NCBI GenBank assembly: GCA_963702425.1
Contig: CAVPCQ010000017.1
Coordinates: forward strand, 194,325-258,324
Source of the DNA: an uncultured Acidobacteriota bacterium
Lineage (GTDB): Bacteria > Acidobacteriota > Polarisedimenticolia > J045
Direction of reading: 5' to 3'
DNA: 64,000 nucleotides
In this document: positions 17,419 through 26,631 of the stretch, piece by piece
Position numbering within the stretch: position 1 is the stretch's first letter
Layout: each line of letters opens with the position of its first letter
The notes under the pieces: model-generated
What the model saw: the letters and a program-made list of their open reading frames with translations, nothing else
Databases searched by the model: none
What the model was told of the DNA's origin: nothing
Translations under genes and position numbers: made by a program

Positions 17419-18296
17419 AGCCGGGCGGCGTAGTCCCGGATCAGCCCCTCCACCATGACCCCGATCCGCTGCATGTTCTCGGCCGACGACGCGCCCAGGT
17501 GCGGCGTGAAGATCGTGTTCGGCGCCGAGAGCAGCGGGCTGTCGGCGGCGGGGGGCTCGGAGCAGAAGACGTCGGTGGCGTAGCCGGCCAGCTTGCCGCT
17601 CCGCAGCGCATCGGCGACGTCCTGCTCGACGATGATCTCGCCGCGCGCGGTGTTGACCAGATACGCGCCGTCCCGGAAGTGCGCCAGCAGCGCGGCGTTG
17701 ATCATCCCGCGCGTCTCGTCCAGCAGGGGCATGTGGATCGAAACGAAGTCGGACTGCTGCAGGGTGTCGTGCAGCGAGGGCACGATCTCGGCGAAGTCGG
17801 TGAAGAACTGGTCGGGGTGCCAGCCGACGACCCGCATCTTGAAGCCCCGCGCCCGCGCCGCCAGCGCGAGCCCGATCCGGCCCAGGCCCAGGATGCCGAG
17901 CGTCTTGCCCGACAGCTCCGTGCGCTCCAACTGCCCCTTGGGCCACTGGCCGGCCCGGATCGCCGAGTCGCCCGCGGTGATCCGGCAGGGCATCGCGATC
18001 ATCATCGCGAACGCCAGCTCGGCCACGGCGGTCGTCGACGCTTCGGCCGTGTTGCGCACCAGGATCCCGCGCTGCTCCGCGTAGGGCCGGTCGATGTTGT
18101 CGAGCCCGACCCCGCCGCGGATCACCAGCTTCAGCTTCGGCGCCTTGTCGATGTACTCCTTCGTGACCTTGGTCTTGCTCCGGACCAGGACGATCTCGGC
18201 CTCGGCGACGCGCGCCGGGTCGGTCGTCACCTCGCCGTATCTCTCGAGCATCTTCGGGAGCTGCGCGTCGAACTTGTCGGAGATCAGGATCAGCAT
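17415..18296 (-). CDS. D-2-hydroxyacid dehydrogenase (short SerA-like phosphoglycerate dehydrogenase)
   Basis: RGGVGLDNID, GLGRIG, VNTARG and TPHLGAS motifs. Confidence 0.9.
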   Translation of the reverse strand: MLILISDKFDAQLPKMLERYGEVTTDPARVAEAEIVLVRSKTKVTKEYIDKAPKLKLVIRGGVGLDNIDRPYAEQRGILVRNTAEASTTAVAELAFAMMIAMPCRITAGDSAIRAGQWPKGQLERTELSGKTLGILGLGRIGLALAARARGFKMRVVGWHPDQFFTDFAEIVPSLHDTLQQSDFVSIHMPLLDETRGMINAALLAHFRDGAYLVNTARGEIIVEQDVADALRSGKLAGYATDVFCSEPPAADSPLLSAPNTIFTPHLGASSAENMQRIGVMVEGLIRDYAARL

Positions 18297-18395
18297 GGAA
18301 GCCCTCGCCGCGCGCTCCGGGCGCGCTCGGCTGGCATTCTAGCCCGGGCCCGGGCGGGGCTCCGGGCCGTCGGTCCCGGGAGTAGACTGGCCCCG

Positions 18396-19469
18396 ATGGG
18401 AGCCTCCTCCGCCCCGCGGAACCGCTCCGAGGCCCAGCACCGCGCCGACCGCGTCCGGGCCTTCCAGGACGAGCTTGCCGCGGCGCGCGCGGACGGGGCG
18501 CTGGCCCTCGCCCCGGAACAGGACGCGTCGCTCGGCGCGTACCACGACCGCGTGCTGGCCGAGCTCTCCCGCGCCTTCGACGTCGACGTCTCCGAGCAGC
18601 AGAAGAAGGTCTCGCTGGGGATGCAGGTCGCGGCGCTGGTCGGCGGCTTCGCTCTGGCGGCCAGCGTCGTGCTGCTGTTCTTCCGCGTCTGGGGGCTGAT
18701 CCCGATCGCCGCGCAGGTCGGCCTGCTCGTCGCCGCGCCGGTCGCGATGATGATCGCGACCGACTGGACGTCGCGCCGCGGCGGCCTGCGGTTCACGACG
18801 ATGGTCCTCGCGGCGGTCGCCTTCGCCGCGTTCGTGCTGACGCTCGAGGGGCTCGGCCAGGTCTTCGCGATCACGCCGACGGCGGCGCTGTTCCTGGCGC
18901 TCGCGCTGCTCGCGCTCGTGCTGGCCTACGGCTACGACCTGCGGCTGCCGCTCGCGGCCGGGCTCGTCTGCCTGTCGCTCTGGCTGGCCACGGTCCCGAT
19001 ACGGCTCGCGGGGGGCTGGTGGGGCGGGGTGGACGACCACTTCGAGAACTTCCTCTTCGCCGGGGCGGTCGTCTTCGCGCTGTCGTTCCTGCGGCAGCCG
19101 CGCACGCTGGACTTCCCGCCCGTCTACCGGCTGGTCGGTCTGGTCCAGGTCTTCGTGGCCCTGCTCGTCATGAGCTACGCCGGACACACCAGCCGGCTCC
19201 CGTGGGACGGGGACACGGCCGAGGGGTTCTACCAGGTCGCGTCGTTCCTCGTCGCCGCGGGGATGATCGCGCTCGGGATCGTCCGCCGCTGGCCGGAGAC
19301 GGTCTACCTCTCGACCGGCGCGCTCGTCGTCTACCTCGTCGCCAAGTACTCCGACTGGTGGTGGGACGCGCTCCCGCGCTGGCTGTTCTTCCTGCTGCTG
19401 GGTCTCTTCGCGCTCGCGCTGCTGTGGGTCTTCCGGCGGCTGCGGGCACGGCTGGCGGGGACGCCATGA
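18396..19469 (+). CDS. DUF2157-like polytopic membrane protein
   Basis: About 10 hydrophobic helices, with C-terminal KYSDWWWDALPRWLFFL. Confidence 0.75.
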   Translation: MGASSAPRNRSEAQHRADRVRAFQDELAAARADGALALAPEQDASLGAYHDRVLAELSRAFDVDVSEQQKKVSLGMQVAALVGGFALAASVVLLFFRVWGLIPIAAQVGLLVAAPVAMMIATDWTSRRGGLRFTTMVLAAVAFAAFVLTLEGLGQVFAITPTAALFLALALLALVLAYGYDLRLPLAAGLVCLSLWLATVPIRLAGGWWGGVDDHFENFLFAGAVVFALSFLRQPRTLDFPPVYRLVGLVQVFVALLVMSYAGHTSRLPWDGDTAEGFYQVASFLVAAGMIALGIVRRWPETVYLSTGALVVYLVAKYSDWWWDALPRWLFFLLLGLFALALLWVFRRLRARLAGTP

Positions 19470-20324
19470 GCCGGCGGCTGCCGCTCTGGGCCGGACTCGC
19501 GGTGATCCTCGCCGTCAGCGCGGGGACGCTGCTCGGCGTGCTCTGGAACCGCACCGGCACACCCGATGCCGTGCTGGAACTCGAAGAGCGCGAGCTGATC
19601 CTGCTCCCCGCCGAGCGCGAGGACAGCGGCCGGACGATGACCTGGATCGTCGACGGGTCGCGCGGAGAGTGGTTGCGCCCGACCCCGGCCTGGCTGGACC
19701 GCGAGAAGCTCGGCGCGCTGGGGTTCGACGTGAGCGTCGACCCGCTGACACCCGGCGCGGAGCGTCACTACCAGGTCCAGCCGCCGCGAGCGGTCTTCGT
19801 CGCGCTGGAACTGGGCGGCGACGCGTACCGCGAGTCCCTCGCGGCGTGGACGAAGCGGCTCGAGGAGGAGGCGGCCCGCACGGGTGGGGCCGCACCGACT
19901 GCCGAGCGGCGGGCCGAGATCGAGCGAGAGCTCGCGGCCGCGCCCGGGACGGCCTCGCGCCTTGCGCTCGTGGACGCCGATCGCGACGCGGCCGCGCTGC
20001 GGGCCCGCCATCCCGACCGTCAGAAGGTGGCCCTGCTCCGCGCGGTCCTGCGGGTCCGCTGGCGGGAAGATGCGCCGGGCCCGGACCAGTCGGAGAGGAC
20101 CCGCATCGAGGGGACGCTCAGCGACGTGACCCCCGCAACGCTCACCGTCCCGCCGCGCCTGCTCGCGACGCTCGAGGCCCTCCCGCTCGAGGAGTCGGGA
20201 CCGCAGCGATTCGTCCGCCGAGCGGGTCGCGCTGCTGGGCCGTCCGTCGCGCTACCGGGTGCGCGTCGCCTTCGGGCGCTCGCTCGAGCCGTGGATCGAG
20301 TCGATCGAGCCGCTCGGAAAATGA
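19466..20324 (+). CDS. DUF4824-like membrane-anchored protein, apparent frameshift near 20215
   Basis: N-terminal TM, NRTG..LELEEREL, WLDREKLGALGFD. The family-like tail RYRVRVAFGRSLEPWI is in a shifted frame ending at TGA 20322-24. Confidence 0.65.
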
Positions 20325-20599
20325 AGCGGCGCGCCAGGCTGAGCCGGCGCGCCGTCCCGTCCTCCGGACTGCAGAGAGCTGAGCCTACTGCACCCGGCCC
20401 CCCGACACCCGCACCTGATGCGACACGCTCTTGTTCTTCAGGTTCGCGGCCGGCGCCGTCACCTTGCCGCTGATGTCCCTGCTGAGGGTCAGCTTCCCCG
20501 TCTTGACGACGCCGGCGACGATGGTCTGGTCGCGGTCGACGACGAGCTGCCGCGCGGTGCTCTCCAGCAGGCTGGCGAAAAGGACGAGCAGCAGCTCCC

Positions 20600-20929
20600 T
20601 CAGCTCAGCCGGTCGGCCACCCGGTTGTAGATCCAGGCGATCACCGACCCGCTGATCGTCCCCAGGACGAAGCCCCAGGCGGCGCCGATCAGGCTCCCCA
20701 CGAACGAGACCTTGTAGCCGATGAAGAACTGCCCGAGCAGCTGCAGGTGTGGCCCGACGATCTGGTTGCCGTACTTGTCGACCGGCCCCCCCTTGAGCAG
20801 CAACCAGTTCGTCGCGATGAACACGAGCAGCGCGAACAGGATCCCCAGGACCAGTCCGAGCACCTTGCTGTTCAGGCGCGCGGTAGCCCGGAAGAGCTGA
20901 TCCATCTCGTCTGGCGTGCGACCCTTCAT
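20600..20929 (-). CDS. Small membrane protein, paralogous to the C-terminal domain of the upstream oxidoreductase
   Basis: ARLNSKVLGL...KGGP...VGPHLQLLGQFFIGYKVSFVGSLIGAAWGF. Confidence 0.75.
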   Translation of the reverse strand: MKGRTPDEMDQLFRATARLNSKVLGLVLGILFALLVFIATNWLLLKGGPVDKYGNQIVGPHLQLLGQFFIGYKVSFVGSLIGAAWGFVLGTISGSVIAWIYNRVADRLS

Positions 20930-20964
20930 CGGTGGCCTCACTCCGGGACCGGCCCGGGACCCGC

Positions 20965-22866
20965 TCAAATGTAGTCGAAGAAGTTCCCGAGGGATGCCGC
21001 CTCCGCCCGCCGTCGGATCCACTGGGCGTAGATCCCCAGCGAGAGATTCCTGAGGTAGGCGACCAGCCAGCCGAGGGCGAACCCCCACACGAACCCGTAT
21101 CCCGCGCCGACCAGCGCGCCGGTCCAGCTCACGGTGTAGCCGACGAAGTACTGGCTGAGCAGCCCGAGGTACATCTCGACTGTCGGGCCCCCGCGCCAGA
21201 GGACCCACGCGGTGGCCGCCAGCATGTAGCTCGCGCCCAGGGTGCCGATCGCGGTCCCCAACGCGGCCTTGTGCAGCCGCGCGAAGGCCAAGCGCAGGGC
21301 CTCCCGCATCGGGTCCGGAACCGGCGCGCCGAGCGGCAGCGGGACCCTCGGCTGCGTCGCCTCGAGGGCGGCGGCCTCGGCCGCGCGGCGTTCGGCCTCC
21401 TCGCGCGTGATCTCCTCCTGGTACTCCTGGTCGACGTTCACCGACCAGACGTCGTGCTTCGCACCCAGGACGTTCTCCGCCGCCAGCATCGCGGTCAGCA
21501 TCGAATGGTCCTGGTTATTGTACTTGTGCATCCCGTTGCGGCCGACCAGCTGGAGGTTCGGGAGGCCGTCCAGCCAGCTCCGGATCTCGGCCAGGGCGGC
21601 CGCGTAGACGCCGTCGTAGACCGGGTAAGCCTTGGCCATGCGCACCACGGCCCCGTCCTCGACCTCCGCCGCGCGCACCAGCCCCAGCTGGTCCATCTCG
21701 CGCGCCCCCAGCGCGACCAGCTCCCTGTCGTCCATCGTCCAGAGCCCGTCCCCCTCGAAGCAGAAGTACTCGAGCCCGACGCACGACTTCTTCGGGTCGG
21801 GCACCATCTCGGGGCTCCAGTTCTTGAAGTTCTGGACCCGCCCCACCTTCACGTCCGGGTCGTGGATGTAGATCCAGTTGTCCGGGAAGAGGTCGGGGTT
21901 GTCGACGATCAGCGCGACGGTCAGGAAGTCGCGGTAGCTCAGCTTGTCGGCCGCGGCGAGGATTTCGGCCGGCGGAGGCGGATCGAGCTTGTGGACCAGC
22001 TCGCGCACCGGCATCGTGCTGATGAAGTGCGTGCCCTCGATCCGCTCGGTGCGGCCGTCGACCGCCGCCTCGATCGCTGTGACGCGACCGCTCTCGTGGA
22101 GCACGCGGACCGCGTCGGCGCCGGTCTTCACCTCGCTGCCGGCCTGCTGGATCTTGTCGGTGACCGTCTCCCACATCATGCCCGGGCCGCGCCGCGGGTA
22201 CTCGAACGAGTCGATCAGCGTCTTGATGACGCTTCCCTTGTCGCCGCCGCTGCGCTGCGGAATCAGCGCGTTCTTGACCGCCGTGAGCAGCGACAGTCCC
22301 TTGATCCGCTGCGCGGCCCACTCCGCCGACAGCTCGCTGCAGGGGATCCCCCAGACCTTCTCGGTGTAGGTCTCGAAGAAGATCTTGTAGAGCCGCTTGC
22401 CGAAGCGGTTGGAGACCCAATCGGCGAAGGAGCGCTCGTCCTTCACCGGGAACAGCCTGGACTTCAGGTAGCTCAGCAGGACCATCAGACTGGTCCACGG
22501 GCCGAGGCCGAACAAGGCGTTCGAGGCGCGCAGCGGGTAGTCGAAGAACTTCTTGTTGTAGTAGATCCGCGACATCCGGCCGCGCACCAGGAAGTCCTTC
22601 TCGGGAAGGACCTCGTGCCACATGTCGTCGACCGCTTTCACCTTGGTGAAGAAGCGGTGACCGCCGATGTCGAAGTGGTAGCCGCCGTGCCGTGCGGTGC
22701 GCGAGAGGCCCCCGACCGTGTCGTCCTTTTCGAGGACGACCGAGCGCACCCCCGCCTTGCCCAGTTGGTAGGCGGCGGTCAGTCCGGCCGGACCGGCCCC
22801 GACGATCACGACCTTGCGGCCGTCGGCAGGGGTGGTGGGCGATGGGGTGCGGGGCAGCGAGGGCAT
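20965..22866 (-). CDS. FAD-dependent oxidoreductase (HemY/UDP-galactopyranose mutase-like) with a C-terminal membrane domain
   Basis: GAGPAG, VGGLSRT, FDIGGHRFFTK and GRNGMHKYNNQDHSM, followed by a hydrophobic tail. Confidence 0.85.
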   Translation of the reverse strand: MPSLPRTPSPTTPADGRKVVIVGAGPAGLTAAYQLGKAGVRSVVLEKDDTVGGLSRTARHGGYHFDIGGHRFFTKVKAVDDMWHEVLPEKDFLVRGRMSRIYYNKKFFDYPLRASNALFGLGPWTSLMVLLSYLKSRLFPVKDERSFADWVSNRFGKRLYKIFFETYTEKVWGIPCSELSAEWAAQRIKGLSLLTAVKNALIPQRSGGDKGSVIKTLIDSFEYPRRGPGMMWETVTDKIQQAGSEVKTGADAVRVLHESGRVTAIEAAVDGRTERIEGTHFISTMPVRELVHKLDPPPPAEILAAADKLSYRDFLTVALIVDNPDLFPDNWIYIHDPDVKVGRVQNFKNWSPEMVPDPKKSCVGLEYFCFEGDGLWTMDDRELVALGAREMDQLGLVRAAEVEDGAVVRMAKAYPVYDGVYAAALAEIRSWLDGLPNLQLVGRNGMHKYNNQDHSMLTAMLAAENVLGAKHDVWSVNVDQEYQEEITREEAERRAAEAAALEATQPRVPLPLGAPVPDPMREALRLAFARLHKAALGTAIGTLGASYMLAATAWVLWRGGPTVEMYLGLLSQYFVGYTVSWTGALVGAGYGFVWGFALGWLVAYLRNLSLGIYAQWIRRRAEAASLGNFFDYI

Positions 22867-23086
22867 CCGGCTCTCCGGCGGCCCGGTCGCCCGGAGCCCG
22901 CCGCGGCCCTCAAGATACGGTGTTGCGGGGTGGATTCCACGGGGACCGGGGCCCCTGCCCGGTTTTTGCACGCGGTCAACGCAAACGAGGACCGAGATCC
23001 CCGCTTCGTTGTGGAGGTGGCCACCGCGGCGGGGGGGCCGTGAGCTCCCCGTCGGCGATCGCCTGCGGCCGGGCGTGTCCGCGCTG

Positions 23087-26000
23087 CTAGTTCCACTCCC
23101 CCTGGATGACGAACCCCGCCCAGTAGTACGGCGACGCCCAGCGCTTCTGCCGAGACATCTCCACCTGCGCCGCGCGCAGGGCTGCGGCGGGGCGCTGGCC
23201 GTTCTGCAGCATGCCGCGGTAGAACAGCCGCATCAGTTCGGACGTCGCAAGATCGTCGACGCGCCAGAGGCTGGCGACCACGCGCCGCGCACCGCCATAC
23301 ATGAAGCCGCGTGTCAGCCCGACGAGTCCTTCCCCCCGGACCTCCTTGCCGAGCGCGGTCTGGCAGGCGCTCAGCACGACCAGCTCGACCGGCAGCCTGA
23401 GGTTGTAGATCTCGTTCAGGCGCAGGAAGCCGTCCTGTGGATTTCCGCGCTCGTCGACGAGTGAGAAGACCAGCCCTGACAGCTCGGGGTGGTCGGTGTC
23501 GAGCAGCCCGTGAGTCGCGAAGTGAACGATCTTGAACTGGCCGAGGTCGTCGTTCATCGCCCCCTTCCGGCTGGCTGCAAAACCGGTGGCTTTCAGCAGC
23601 GAGTCGGCCGGCACCATCGACGCGATCATCTCGGCTTCCTCGCGCGAGAACGGCAGGCGGGAGAGCCGCCCGCGCATGTCGGACTGGAGGGCGGCGGCGG
23701 CCGGCCGCGCTGCGCCTTGCTCCCGTTCCGCGGAGAGGACGCGCGGATCGCTCGCATCGAACACGGGGTCCGCGAAGACCGCCACCTGCTTCTTGCCGCT
23801 CGGCCGCCCCGCGGTCTCGACGCGCACCGCCCCCAGTACGGACGCCGAGGGCAGGCTGATGATCTCGTGGTTCGCAATCAGCGGTCTCGCGCCGGCGCCG
23901 ATCCCGTCCTTGCGGCCGACCGGCTCGGGAAGCGACGCGAACGGCACGTACTCCAGCGCTCCGGGCGCGACGATCACGAGCCGCTTGTCCCGCCAGTCCC
24001 GCGCGAGGCGTGCGGCCGCCTTGCCCAGGAGCATTTCGCTGAGCGCCGCCGCCTGCGACGCCAGCTCGGCGTCGGCCCGGGACAGGCGCGTTTGTCGCGC
24101 GGCGCCGTTCTCGTCGCTCCTTGGCTGACGGGCAGTCAGCGCGTCGTAGACTGCGCGAGCGAGCTTTTCGATCGCGGCTCGCGGCGGAAGTTCGTAGCTC
24201 GAGATGGACGAGGGCGTGACCGCCCAGAGCCAGCTCCGCCGCTCGCCGAGCGCGATCTCGAGCAGGACGGTGTCCTCGTCGAGCAGCTGCCCCTGGATCG
24301 CGGCAGCCTTGAGCGACTGCGGCTGCGTCAACGCCGCGTAGCGTGGACTGGAAGCGCGAACCTGCGCCTCGACCGCGCTCAGCTGGTCCGTCAGGTCTTC
24401 GAGCTCCTTCGCGGTGTCCGTCGCCTGCGCCTCGGTGTGTTTCCCACCAAGCAGCCGCTCCCGATCGAACGCCTTGAGATGAACCCGCCGGCGGAGCGCC
24501 TGCTCCCTTGCGAGCAGGGCCGCGTCCGCGCCTTCGCGCGGGTCGACGCCGGACTCCGCGAGCATGTCGAGCAGGCCGCGCGCCCGGCTGCGCTCGCTGA
24601 GCTCGAGGGCCAGCGCCATGTCGCCCGCGCCGGACCGCTCGCGCGGCCCGGACATCAGGATCTCGATGAAGAGCGAGTACTTGTCCTGCACGGTCTCGAA
24701 GTACGACGAGCGCCAGTCCCGCCGCGTGAAATTCTGACGCAGCGATTCGCCGATCCGAACCGCCTCCTCGATCTGCTGCCGCGCCCGATTCCTGTCCCCG
24801 GAGGAGAGGCTCCAATCGGCGAGATGCGAGAGGGTCCGCGACTCGAGGTCGCGGGCCCGCAACGCGCGGGCGATCGCGAGCGCTGCAGTGCTCTCTTCCC
24901 GCGCCCTGCTCAGGTCGCCGAGCCGCGCATGCGCGACCGCGAGCAGGTTCAGGGTACTGGCCTCGGCATAGCGGAGCCCGGCCTCCCGGTACAGCTTCAG
25001 CGCCTGCCCCAGCGGTTCCAGCGCCCGGGTGTCGTGGTGCAGGTCGAGTTCGATACCGCCGAGGATCCGCAGCGCGTACGCCTCCCCGGTAGGGTCCCTG
25101 ATCTCGCGGCTGAGTTCCAGCGACTGCGTGGCGTAGGCCGTCGCCTCTGCGGTGTTGCCCGCGCTCCGGTGGACACGGGCCAGGCCGTTGAGCGCGGAGG
25201 ATTCGCCGTTGCGCTGGCCCATCTTCCGGCTCGCCTCCAGCGCCCGCCGATAGCGCTCCTGGGCATCCTCCCACTCGCCGAGATGCTCGTACGCCACCGC
25301 GAGGTTGTTCTGGACGGACGCTTCGGCCCGCCCGTCGCCGGCACGGATCGCCGCTTCGAGCGCGCGACCGAAGACTTCGGTCGACTTCTGGTACTCGCCC
25401 GTCCCGTTGTAGATCATGCCCATCCGCGCGAGGATGTTCGCGATCCGCCCCGGCTCACGCTCCGGCGAGGTCAGCGCAAGGGCTCGCTCGAAGTCCTCGA
25501 TCGCTGCCGCCACGTCGCCAAGCTCGTAGTGGGCGAGCCCCAGGTCCGACAGAACCCTGCTCTGCCCCGGCCGATCGTTCGCATCGGCCCGCAATGGCAG
25601 CGCACGCTCGTAGTACTCGATCGCCTTCGGCCGGTCGCCGACCCAGCGGTAGTACCAGCCCAGCCGGTTCAGCGTCTCGGACTCCCAGTAGAGGTCGGCG
25701 ATCGCCTCGTGGATCGACAGCGCCGCCAGGTACGACTCCAGTGCTTTCGGCTTGTCGTACGCCGTGTAGGCCGCGAGGCCGACCTGGCTCAGCGCTCGCC
25801 CCTCCTCGCGCTTCCGGCCGGTGCCGCGCCAGAGCGCGAGCGCCTGGTCCGCCGCCGCCTGCATTTTCGCGGTGTCGCCCAGGTCGTAGTAGACGTCGAA
25901 GAGCTCGCCCTGGGTTTCCGCCTCGCCGACAGGATCCCCCAGCGCGCGCCAGAGCACGAGCGCCCGCTCGAGCCTGACGATCGCCGCTCTCCTCTCTTCG

Positions 26001-26509
26001 TCGCTCGTGGCGCCGTCGAGGAGAGTGCGGCCTTCGCCCACGAGTCCCCACGCCTCGACTCGCTCGGGGTCGGACGCCTCCGCGGGCCGCTTCTCCGCGA
26101 GCGTCAGCCCGTACCGTAGCTTCTGCCCGGTGTCCGGATCGCTGGATGCGATCACGAGGCGCCACGTTCCCGACGCGTCGGCGATCGCCGCCATCTCCAG
26201 CGAGACCGGTTGAGTCGCGGCATCGTCGTGCTCGCGCAGCGACCGTCCGTCCGGTGCGATGAGTGTCGCCGACAGCTCTCCGACGAAGATCTCGATCGAG
26301 ATCTCGACGTAGTCACGCGCCCGGGCCTCGAAGGTGAACTCATGGGATTCGCCGGCCGGCAGCTCCCGCTCGACGACGGCGCCCAGAACGAGGTCCTTCG
26401 CTCCGGGCATCGAGCCGGCGAGCGACGCCGAAAGCAGGATCGCGAGCAGCCAGATCGCACCCGACGCCGCCAGCGGGAGCGGGAGCCCGGGCGGCGGGTG
26501 ACGATCCAT
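23087..26509 (-). CDS. TPR-CHAT (caspase-like) protease with a probable signal peptide and N-terminal beta-sandwich domain
   Basis: Hydrophobic N-terminus, about 10 TPRs, and an intact catalytic dyad (HFATHG and LSACQT). Also ASLWRVDD and PYYWAGF. Confidence 0.93.
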   Translation of the reverse strand: MDRHPPPGLPLPLAASGAIWLLAILLSASLAGSMPGAKDLVLGAVVERELPAGESHEFTFEARARDYVEISIEIFVGELSATLIAPDGRSLREHDDAATQPVSLEMAAIADASGTWRLVIASSDPDTGQKLRYGLTLAEKRPAEASDPERVEAWGLVGEGRTLLDGATSDEERRAAIVRLERALVLWRALGDPVGEAETQGELFDVYYDLGDTAKMQAAADQALALWRGTGRKREEGRALSQVGLAAYTAYDKPKALESYLAALSIHEAIADLYWESETLNRLGWYYRWVGDRPKAIEYYERALPLRADANDRPGQSRVLSDLGLAHYELGDVAAAIEDFERALALTSPEREPGRIANILARMGMIYNGTGEYQKSTEVFGRALEAAIRAGDGRAEASVQNNLAVAYEHLGEWEDAQERYRRALEASRKMGQRNGESSALNGLARVHRSAGNTAEATAYATQSLELSREIRDPTGEAYALRILGGIELDLHHDTRALEPLGQALKLYREAGLRYAEASTLNLLAVAHARLGDLSRAREESTAALAIARALRARDLESRTLSHLADWSLSSGDRNRARQQIEEAVRIGESLRQNFTRRDWRSSYFETVQDKYSLFIEILMSGPRERSGAGDMALALELSERSRARGLLDMLAESGVDPREGADAALLAREQALRRRVHLKAFDRERLLGGKHTEAQATDTAKELEDLTDQLSAVEAQVRASSPRYAALTQPQSLKAAAIQGQLLDEDTVLLEIALGERRSWLWAVTPSSISSYELPPRAAIEKLARAVYDALTARQPRSDENGAARQTRLSRADAELASQAAALSEMLLGKAAARLARDWRDKRLVIVAPGALEYVPFASLPEPVGRKDGIGAGARPLIANHEIISLPSASVLGAVRVETAGRPSGKKQVAVFADPVFDASDPRVLSAEREQGAARPAAAALQSDMRGRLSRLPFSREEAEMIASMVPADSLLKATGFAASRKGAMNDDLGQFKIVHFATHGLLDTDHPELSGLVFSLVDERGNPQDGFLRLNEIYNLRLPVELVVLSACQTALGKEVRGEGLVGLTRGFMYGGARRVVASLWRVDDLATSELMRLFYRGMLQNGQRPAAALRAAQVEMSRQKRWASPYYWAGFVIQGEWN

Positions 26510-26548
26510 GCAGGTTCCTCGGTCGGGGCGAGGAGCCGATTATACGCG

Positions 26549-26554
26549 CGGCCC
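26549..26554 (-). promoter_or_regulatory. Candidate sigma70 -10 box upstream of the CHAT gene
   Basis: Perfect TATAAT on the minus strand about 40 nt upstream of the ATG, in very GC-rich DNA. Confidence 0.4.
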
Positions 26555-26631
26555 CTCGCGGGGTCGTGCCGCCGGCCGGGACCGCCCGGGAAATCGAGAC
26601 CACCCGGGAGGGCAGCCGGCGGCGCCGCAGC

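Noticed and set aside
23489-26119. Long antisense and alternate-frame ORFs (this one, 36629-39499, 44821-47340 and many others)
   Set aside because: Shadow ORFs typical of high-GC DNA. They are Arg/Ala/Pro-rich, lack motifs, and overlap well-supported genes.
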